From: Guillardia theta CCMP2712
Taxonomy: Eukaryota > Protista > Cryptophyta
DNA length: 64,000 nt
NCBI RefSeq assembly: GCF_000315625.1
Contig: NW_005434673.1
Span: 1,003,650-1,067,649 of the forward strand
Reading direction: 5' to 3'
Part shown: positions 1 through 9,602 of the stretch, piece by piece
Numbering within the stretch: the stretch's first letter is position 1
Layout: the number at the start of each line of letters is the position of its first letter
Program-made: the position numbers and the translations under genes
Notes under the pieces: generated by a model
What the model was told of the DNA's origin: nothing
The model's database searches: none
The model's input: only the letters and a program-made list of their open reading frames with translations

Positions 1-3000
1 TATAGCCCCCTTCACCGCTCCTCGAGCCTTTGAAGTATTCTCCCACTCCTCAATCATGGTCCTCGTCCTCTGCTGGATGTTCTCGTTGGATATCATCTCG
101 ACCAGCTCATTTAGGCCCATGAAAGCATCGATGCAACGTTTGAACATGTCGACCTTCCCGCTGAGAGCCTCTGCACGGCTCGCATCATCATGCACATACT
201 CGAAGTAGCTTCTCATCTCCTCGCATGTCCACCACTTCCCCCGGTACACATTGTGTATGGCCTCCACCTTGACAGAATCAGCAGCGCCCTTCCTTTGCAG
301 GCGGGAGAGGTCGACGAGCAGTTCCTTCCGTTGGTTCTCTGCCGGGCGCAACTTCTTGATCCTCGGGCCCGAGTCCTCTTGCGTCATTTCACTGACTTCA
401 CTGTCATCATCGAAATCTTCATCATCGTCCTCATCATCCTCCTCATCATCCTCCTCATCATCGTCCTCATCCTCCTCCTCTACCTCTTTCTTCTCCTTTT
501 CTGGCTGTTTCTTCGCTTCCTGGGCTGGTTCCTTTGCACTTGCTGCATCCATTTTCGGCTTTTTGGTCCTTGTGTCCTTGACCACTTTCGGTTGAGCCTC
601 TTTCCTGGCAACGCTCTCTGATTTCATCTCGCCTTCCTTGTCTTCATCAACAACATTCATCCTCTCTGCATCATTGAAATCCTCTTCTCCTTCAATCTTG
701 TGAATTGCGTCTGATGTCAGGAAAAACTTCTTCCTATCTCTTCTCGTGATTGTCTTGTAGGTCATCCTTGCGGCCTTGAGCGGACCAATCAGAGGGAACA
801 ACACGGCTCCTCCTAACAGAGCAACGCTCCCCATGAGCACTTTAGACAGTCCCTTGACAGCAAGCATCGGGAGGTTCGTCGACGCTTTAGATGTCAGTCG
901 ACCGCCCTGGCGGGTCTGGCCTTGACCTGCCGCCAGCTCATCCTGCAAGTCCTGACCGAACAAGTCGATTCCTTGAAAGACGTGAATGTCCACATACGCT
1001 GAGTTTGATTTCACGGGCCCAAGGCTGCGAGCTATCAACTCCATCTCATGCTCATTCTGAGCCTGCACGAGCTCTTTCTCCTCCCTCGCCTTCTTCTGCG
1101 CCAAGAGCATCGCCTGCTGCAGCTGCATGTCCGTCAAGAACGCGGGGTCTTGCATCCAGGCGTTGTTGCGCAGGTAGAAGAGACTGTAACTCCCTTGTTT
1201 CGCGGTTCCACTGCGCGATCGAGCTGCTTGCATCCTCTTCCTGATGAAGGCGTGTACGATCTCGAGATGTACCAGAGACATGTTTTCTGGCATCTCTCGA
1301 ATCCAGTTGAACCTGTCATGCTCAAGATCTCCGTAGTCTCTGTAATATGCATCAGGCTGCCAGCCGTAACTGTCACCCAAGAGGTTCAGGAAGTAAGGGA
1401 AGCAGTTGTCAATCTCATCAAGATGAAACTTGAGCGCTCGTTTGTGATAGCACTCTGACTTGGAGACAGCATGCCTCAGGTCCACAGGGATGAAATGAGC
1501 TCGGAAGTCATGGAGGTATTCGTTCAGGGCAGGGAAGATTTCAGAGTGCAGGAAGTCTCTTTCCGGCTTCATATCATCCCAGTCACTGCTGATGTAGAAA
1601 TGAATGGCCTTGTAGCCGACCTGGTCCGAGTCTTCCAGCCTCTTGCCCTTGACGTCTTCGGGGATATAAATGTCGTTCATGTCCACTTGAAGGCTCATCA
1701 TCTTCCCGTGCACGGGGCCCTTGAGCGCGATGTCATCGATGACTCTCAGCATCTCGCACTTGGCGAGTTTGTCGGCTGAGCTCAACTTGCACAGGCGAAC
1801 GAACCTGCGAGCAAGCGCCTCTGGTTTCCAGACATCTTTTCCCATCATGTCGTCAAGGAAGAATATCTCAGCGACGCCTTCTAGGAGGTCGAACTTGTTC
1901 AAACTGATTCGGCTCTCAGGCAGATCAAGCAGGAAGGAGACCTCAGACCGCAGTTGCTGCATGGCGAACTTGCTCTCAGCTATCAAGCTCCGCCCTGGTT
2001 CGTTCTCTTCCTCCTCCTTGAGAAACTTGACCTCTACCGAGTAAGGAGCATGGCGCGAGCCTTGAGGCAGCCTCTTGTGCCGCGCAAGCTTGGTCAGGTC
2101 CTTGGAAACAATGGCCCTCCGCAAGCGCTTCTTGTTGATCTGAACGAGCTTCTCTCGCTCGAAATCAACATCCCAGTGCTTTCTTCTCATTATCTCCGCC
2201 GAATGCTCTTTTTCCCTCACGATCTGTCGCTTCAACATCGCTTTGAACCTCGGAAAGTGCTTGGCATAGCAGGTGTCGCCGTATTCCTTCACGGTCTTGC
2301 TCCCCCAGTGGTGATACCAGAAGTGATCGAGGTGGCATTGAATCGGCTTCGACAAGATCGAGAAAGGCTCTCCGCACTCTGCGCACCTGCCAGACATGTT
2401 CCTACTCTTTCTGAGATTGTTTTCTACCAGTTCTCGACGCAATTCACTCGCATAGTTTTGGTCATAAACTCTGCGCTTCTCCTGCTCAGCTTTCCACTCC
2501 AAATCAAGCTTGCTCAGGTGAGACTCTTCTCTCTCTTGCTCCATCCGTGAAGAGGTCGACTCGTACTCCAGTACAACTCCTGAAGACCCCAGGGAGTGAC
2601 GACGTTGAAGTTTGTACATAACCTTTGACTTCTTCATCCCGATCGACACGTCAGTGAAAGGCGTGTCCAAAGAAAGCGATTTGCTCCTCTTTCTCTGAGA
2701 TACGTGAAACTCCGGCAGAGTCTTTATCCGCATCTCTACGCACAACTCACCAACGGGATCAGATTCTGCAAGGTTGTACAGCAAGAGATTTTGAAGGACC
2801 TTGATGTTTGGTTTCAATTCTTTGAATGCAAAAGAGGCATTTCCAATCAAAGCGTTTGTTCTGATCAAGTCATAGTCCAGGACATCAAAACGAACAATGT
2901 CTTGTTTGTCCAACGAGTGAGCTTCAAACTCGAAGGACTCGTTGAAGTTCGGGTAGTTAGTCTTGAATCTGATTCCTGTCTTCAAGATCCTCTCCTTGAA

Positions 3001-5089
3001 CTCTACACTGACAAACGAATCGCAAAGCTGTTTGGTACCGAGAGGCTTCAACTCTTTCGCTGACAAGATCTTGACAGTGAAGATGGTGTCGGGAGGAAGG
3101 TCAGTTGGCTTCGGGACCAGAGATATCTCCAGGTATACTTCACCCTGGTATTCCGGGTGCAGGTAGTCCTTCAAAGGATACCACTTGCAAACTGTTTCTC
3201 CTACACTGAAGCCCAGGAGGTCGATATCCACTCGTCCGCACGAGTCGTCTTTAGATCCGAAGTCATGATCGAAGCATTCGATGCCCAACGACGTGTCCAT
3301 GGTACTCGAGCTTGTCGGGAAGACAAGGATTTCGTTCCAGCGAGGGTGCAGAGTCTTGAAGATGGTTGAAGTCTTCTTTGTCTGACCCTCGAACCTGGCG
3401 ATCACGTACGGGTCTGAAGTGCCGCCCCAGTCGAGAGCCGGGAGGTTCCTCGCTTCCGAGACTCGAATCCGAAGCTGAGAATCTGTATCTTGCTCGCTGA
3501 GCTTCTTGCGAATGGAGATCTGGATCTTTACCTCCGCTCTAGAATCGGGCAACTGGAAGTTTTCCAGGAGCAACCATCTCTCGTGCAGGTAGTTCAAGGG
3601 GAAGTCCAACAGGTTGAGAGCAGAAGTTCCAATCATCACATCCTTCCTCCATTCCATGTGGTCCATTCCTGTAACGACCAACGCACTGTCCAGCCGATCT
3701 TCGAACCCCTCGAAAACAAACGATTCGTTCCACTCAGGTCTGCTGTACAACCCCTGCTTGAATCGGACCTTGGTCTTCTGCACCCTCCCCTCGAACTCTA
3801 CTTTGAAGTAGGGGTCACATGAATCACTCCTCGCCCTCGGAGGCAGCTTCCTGGCCTCCAGGATGGTAACGCGGATGATGGTATCGAAGTCTTTTAACTC
3901 CCTCATCTTCTTGAGGCTGACCTGGACGTTGATCCTGCCGTAGAAGTCTACCTCCTCGTTCCTCCTCCTCTTCACCTGACTCGGGTCCCCGTCCTTGCTG
4001 AACTTCTGCAAGTCGTGCCATGTTCCACTCCCAACCCCGGCAAGGTTCTCATTCATCAGGTTGATTCGGCAGCTGCCAATCAAGATGTCTCCCAGGATGT
4101 TCTGGTGGAAGCAGTGGATCTCAACAAAGTCGTTGCTCACACTTGAGCTCTGTGCTGGGAACTCAAAGATCTGCCTCCACATTGGCTCTAGAGTGCGCGA
4201 CTTGACATCCGTCTTGAAGACTTGGCTCTTGTACTTGACGATGGCGTAGGAGTCGACAAATCCGTGGAAGCCCAACACGGGAAACTCTTGTCCCTGGATC
4301 AGATGCACAGACAGCAGGGAGTCCGGCTCGACCGGCTTTCTCTTCTCGAAGCACAAGGACACCTCCACCTCAGCTCGGACCTGAGGATCCGAAGGGTCCA
4401 GTATGATGTACCATGACACGATGGGCTCGGAGTCCAACACCATCTTGGAGATGTTGATGTTGCAGCCTCCCATGTACTGAGGGTCGTCCTCCTCCTCCCA
4501 GTCCCAGCACTGCAGCTGCAGCTCTTTCGTGTCTTGGATCTGATTTTCCTCATTGACGGTCCACACCGGGAACTCGAGCGTCTGGTTCCATTGAGGAGCG
4601 AGAGTTCTCATCCTCACTTCCGTCTTGAGGTCTCGTGCTCCCAGCCTGAACAGCAGGTACCTGCAGACACGTCGGGTCAACAGGAACAAGGTCGGTGACT
4701 GCGGAGGCTGCTCACGGATCGCTGAGCCCATCTTCATTGCGAGCAGGAAGATTTCTTGCTTGGATGGCAACAATGCTCAAGACCTTTTGCAATCAGCTCA
4801 GAGAGGTAGAGGCAGAAACTCAGTGCAAGGCTCACATATGGTGAGTCCGCGTCCGGATCGATAGGCTCTTCTTCGCCCTCCTTCTTCTGCTTCTGCCAGG
4901 ATCGCTTTGAGCTTTTACGTCGCAGCAGGACGAGGGAGGCAGGACAAGGCAAGACCAACAACAGGCAAAGATGAGGGAAGATAAGGGGAGGGGAGGAGAG
5001 GTCAGGGAAGGGGAGGTCAGGGGGAGACTGTCATGTACCTTCCTGCGGAAGACCGAGGAGAGGGCGGGAAGGGAAGCACCTCCCCCCAT
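1..5089 (-). CDS. Large multi-C2 (5 C2 domains) protein with degenerate Cys/His finger, DUF4062 (TEP1/NPHP3-like) domain and acidic tract; 3' end beyond left edge
   Basis: Manual minus-strand translation stays in one frame, with no stop seen, from ~4660 to position 1; the ORF track lists no such ORF, consistent with no in-window stop. C2 motifs include LRIRVSEARNLPALDWGGTSDPYV...ECFDHDFGSKDD, VHLIQGQEFPVLGFHGFVDSY and VTILEARKLPPRARSDSCDPYF. DUF4062-like IHFYISSDWDDMKPERDFLHSEIFPALNEY..FIPVDLR..LDEIDNCFPYFLNLLGDSYGW at ~1605-1355. Short 5' exons upstream, proposed start MGGGASLP at 5089. Confidence 0.85.
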
Positions 5090-5357
5090 CTCGCCTACGG
5101 CATTGCTACCGCTATCGCCCCGCCGTCGGAGTGAGGCAGACCCGCGAAATGAGAACGGGACTGTAAAAGAAAGAAAGACAAAAAAGAACGGACCCGTTGT
5201 ATTCCAACAGTTGAACTTCACGTGTAAGTTGAGGAATCACTTGTAAGTGCTTGAACTTCTTTACTTGTAAGTAGTTTAGACTTGCACCTGCTACTTGCGA
5301 ATGGTGGTCATAAGGCTGGTAACGGTTACTAGGATTGCAGTTTCGAGTGCTCCGGTC

Positions 5358-5380
5358 ATTTAGGTTAGGGTTTAGGTTTT
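5358..5380 (-). promoter_or_regulatory. Telo-box-like / degenerate interstitial telomeric motif upstream of the C2 gene
   Basis: TTTAGGTTAGGGTTTAGGTTTT on the + strand contains AAACCCTA on the - strand, ~270 bp upstream of the proposed ATG. Confidence 0.3.
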
Positions 5381-5507
5381 AGAGGCGCCTCTACCTTTGT
5401 ATCATATCTGTTCAGGACAAAATTCGTCGAATTCTACTTGTGACTTGACCGCAACAGCCTAACTGTTGAGCTTCGGAAGATTCAAAGAGTGTGAGTTACG
5501 ATTTAAG

Positions 5508-6773
5508 TTAATGCATCAATTCATTCAACTCATTCAATTCTACTCGTTGCACTCGTGGCCATGCTGCAACCTGCCACCATGACATCACATCCTCTATCGG
5601 AAATCTCACTGTCAGAGAGCGCATGCATCCTCACCGACGCCTTCTGCCCCGGCGTACTGTATCCCCATGAGGCGAAGTACACGTTCACGCGCGAAGAGAG
5701 GAAAAGATCCGAAACAACCTGCCAGTCTCTCAGACAGGAATGAGTTGCTAGCTCGACTTCACATTCTTGATCACTCCTGCGTTGTCATCGAAGTAATGCA
5801 GGCGGTGCTCTGTGTTTGCAAAAATCAACGTAAAGGTAAGAAAGACTTGCAAGGCCGTACCCGGATATTCTTTTGCAATTTCAGACAATGCCTGAACCTA
5901 AAGGACGCCCGTCAGATCAAACAAGGAAGATACAACCTGCACCTTTGTGTCCTGCGATACTTTCACGACTCTGCTTCGCTCCAGCTCGACCCCTGATCTT
6001 TTCAACACCGAGTTGGTGAAATCTTGTTCATTGCTGGTTAGGACGTAAATTTTATCCCCGAAGCTTCTCAAAGCTATGTCAATCCCAGGATACAGAGGGT
6101 TTTTCTCCATCCAATGAACGATGTCGTCTTGTCCAGCAGCCTCCTGTGCTGTGAAGGTGCTGAGCAGGTCGTTCTTTTTGCACTGGTACTTGTGCAACAG
6201 CACGTCTCTCATGAAATCCCAATTTTCAACCATCTCTCCTGCTGACAATGGCCGCTCTCCTGAGGGCGACCGCTTGGCTGTTACGGCTTCAGACACGCAG
6301 AGTCTTGCGGCAAGAACCAGGTCTGCAGGGTCCGAAGCTACGGGCCTCAGTTGCTTCAACTTCTCCTCTAGCCACCTTGGAACATGACCTCCTTCATCAG
6401 CCTCATACTGGCTCCAGTCATAGCCCACCCAACTCTTCCTCACGCCAGCATCCCTTGCGCTCAGATAGGCGCACTCCTGCATGGTTTCAGGCCAAAGCTG
6501 TCTGGCAGCGAGGACTGCGGTTTCAACGTAGTTTGAGACAGTGTTGCAAAGGACTCCATCGAAGTCGAACACGTAAACACTTTGCTCCTGAGCATCACAT
6601 CTCAACGAAAAACTTCCTTCCCTCACTCTTCCACGACTTCTTCCTGGATTGAAGGAGTTGTGTCCTAAAAGTTTCCGTGGCCAACCTGTCCCGCCCGCGG
6701 CAACAAAGCCATTCACACTGACGATAGAGCAGCAACCCGTAAGCAGCAACAGAGCAAGCCCAGCATATCTCAT
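5508..6773 (-). CDS. Plastid-targeted HAD-superfamily hydrolase (cyanobacterial/plant-like)
   Basis: HAD motif I VYVFDFDGVLCNT; hydrophobic signal peptide MRYAGLALLLLTGCCSIVSVNG|F followed by an R/S-rich transit peptide; 3' exons VYFASWGYSTPGQK and VAAWPRVQRVELNELNELMH*. Confidence 0.85.
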
Positions 6774-7166
6774 CCTCGCTCCTCTTCTCCATGCTCGTCC
6801 CCCATTCCCTCTCCTTCCTTCCACACCGCCATTGCCAGGCACCCCCGTCATCGCAATCCTTGTAACAAGCAAGCTTCAAATCCGGGTCCGCCTCAGCCGG
6901 ACCCGCACACTGAAAACAGTCACACTAGTAGTCAAGTTAAGTTAAAGTAGTCCGGTTCAATTCAGTGAACGCGGCGGCCCGGCCGCCGACCGTCCGGGCC
7001 CGGCAGTTTCACACCGGACCTCGGAGTCAGGGAATGCAGCACTGCAGGCATCGAGCCGATGGAGTCAATGTGTGAGTCACAATCATGACAAACTTGCAAT
7101 ATGATTGCCGGAGGCCCGGGCAACGTCGTGCCAATGTAATACGGTTGTATATACTTGTGTCACTAA

Positions 7167-7238
7167 GCGTTCGTAGTGTAGTGGTTAGCACATCAGCCTT
7201 CCAAGCTGGTGGCCCGGGTTCGAGTCCCGGCGATCGCA
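7167..7238 (+). tRNA. tRNA-Gly (anticodon TCC)
   Basis: Cloverleaf: GCGTTCG acceptor arm, D arm GTGT-AGTGGTTA-GCAC, anticodon arm TCAGC-CTTCCAA-GCTGG, T arm CCGGG-TTCGAGT-CCCGG, discriminator A; followed by a TTCTTTTT Pol III terminator. Confidence 0.95.
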
Positions 7239-7517
7239 TTCTTTTTGTCTACATAGATATGACCTCCCACAAGAGCTGCCAATATGGCAGGCTCTATGGA
7301 CATATCTTGCGCACAGTGAGCTACTCCATGCTCCTGTGTCCTTGTTTGCTGCCGTGCTTCTGATTTTTGCTCTCTCTCTTACACCTCCATCCTCTCTCCT
7401 CGCGATCCTTCCTCTCTGTTTCGTGACTCCGATCAACACTCAACCATCCCTTCCCGCACAGAGACTCGCGATCCCTTGCCCTCGACTCGCATTGATCGAG
7501 GCACTGCATTTTGAGGG

Positions 7518-9229
7518 ATGGCGCACCACAAATGCTCAAAGAAATTCCTCGGTATCTTGTGCATAGCCGGAGTTGTTGTCATGTGGGTCGGGTCGTCTGA
7601 GCTTATCCAGATCATTTTTGATGATCGGAATTTCGCGAGACCATTCTTCCTGACTTACTTCTCAACGTCGCTATTCTGCATCTACCTCCTGGGTTTCTTG
7701 TTTTTATCTTCGTGGCGCAATGGAAACAAGGCTCCATCCACCGATGGCAGTTCAACAATAGAGGAGAGCCGTGCTATGTTGCTGGATTCAGCTGCCACGG
7801 AGGAGGATGCGTTGCCGCCGGCAACTAAGCATGAATCCCCGCAAGGATTCAAGACCGGTTGGCAGACGGCAATGCTTGCAGTCCAGTTCGTTCCCCTTTG
7901 GTTTGCTGCAAACTGGACTTTCAATGCAAGTCTATGCACGTGAGCTTTGACAACGTTCAATGGAATCGAGATCAATCACCCCCTATTACAGGAAGTGTGG
8001 AACAGGAACGACGGTTGCATCAAGTACAGTCATAAGGTTTCAATCAATCGCTGAGAAATTTTCTGAAGCGTCTTGAAAGCTCTTCATCGTCGTTCTTCAC
8101 GTTGATAATGTCAGCGTTGGTTCTGAAAGAACATCTTTCTTGGGTCTTTGACTATGTCGAGTTAATGTTAAATGATTTCTATCTTCTGCAGATCAAATTT
8201 TTATCAGTTCTGATGAGTTGTGGTGGAGTGGTACTAGTGACGGAGTTTGATGAGGGTTCGAGTGCCGAAAGCTCATTGCTGGTATGGCAACAAGACGCAG
8301 TGTGCTTTCACTGACTCTGCTAAAATCAGGGAGACGGTTTGTCTTTGATTTCTGCGATTCTTATGGCAGCCTTCACGGTCTTGACGTGCAATCTTTCTTA
8401 TCCTTGTGAAGTCTGAATTGCCTCTTGCAGGTCCAATTGAAATACGTGGTTCCTAACGAAGACGAAGTCCGGATGCCGATGCTGCTAGGTTGGTTGACTG
8501 TCGAGCAAGCCGTGCGAACGTGTCTGATTTGAGGTTATCTACCAGGTTTTCTGGGGCTATTCACTCTGATCATTGGACTGCCGTTCCTCCTCTTGTTTCA
8601 TTACACCGGGTTGGAGAAGTTTGAAGGGGTCAGCCGGCCTTGAGGTGTTTTTAGACGGTAACCCTCCTGCACCCAGATCCCCCTCAATGTTTTGGCGTAC
8701 CTGACTTTCAACGGAGTGGTTGGAACCGTCCTCTCAGACCTGCTCTGGGCGCAGGTCTCTCAGAGCGCTCCGAGTGCCGCTGACATGCGATGGCAGGCCA
8801 TTGTGTTCACTTCTCCGCTGCAGGCAAACCTGGGAGTCAGCCTTACCATCCCCTTGTCCTTCTTCGCCGACGAGGTCTGTGATCCAGTCAAGCTTCGGAA
8901 GGAGCTCACGGTTTGCTGCATGACAGATTGCTCAACGGCACGTGGGTCACAAGATGAAGTGGGAGTACTTCTGCGGGGCGGTACGCGCTACGTTCTGACC
9001 GACTTGTTTCTCTCTCTGACTGATGCGAATTCACTTCAAGGCTCTGGTGTTTGTCTCCTTCGTGGGTGTGAACAGCTATGCAGAAGACCGCAAGGACCCA
9101 AGTAGCCCTGACGTCGACATGGAATCCAACATAGGCCTGGAGGACGTCAGGTGGGCCGCATATTCCAGCCTCGGAGAGATGTCTGACTGCGTTCTCGGCA
9201 GTGGAGGGGATGACCCCGGGGCTGAGTAG
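7518..9229 (+). CDS. SLC35F5/Thi74-like EamA (DMT) transporter, multi-exon
   Basis: LGILCIAGVVVMWVGSSELIQIIF..RPFFLTYFSTSLF, LWFAANWTFNASL, NGVVGTVLSDLLWA, TSPLQANLGVSLTIPLS are typical of the SLC35F5/Thi74 family. Confidence 0.85.
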
Positions 9230-9602
9230 GGCAGACTCGGAGTCTGGCCCTCGCTGATGCCTAAATGTGGCCCATGTAACATAGATTCGGATAAATGAGT
9301 GTTATAGTAGCAAGGTTATAAACCACCGTGGCACAGTAGCCTGAGTCAACTTGCTGCTGGAGCCCGGCCGACTCGGTCATTCAACGGCTGATGACTCGCG
9401 GCTGATGACTCAGTGGCGGCAGGGGCCGGGCCGGGCCGGGCCCGGTGGGGGGGTGGGGGGCGGCCTAGTGGGGGCGGCCGCCGGGGCCCAGCGGCGGCCG
9501 GGCCCGGCGGCGGGCCCCTGGACTCAGTGAGGGGCTGGATGAGGGGCAAGAAATGACGGGAATGAGGGGGATGACAAGGCCTAGAGGCTATATCGGGTGG
9601 AC

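Noticed and set aside
190-4864. Numerous + strand ORFs, some Leu/Ile-rich and TM-like
   Set aside because: Antisense shadows of the long minus-strand C2 exon; the hydrophobic stretch is the complement of the Asp/Glu tract.
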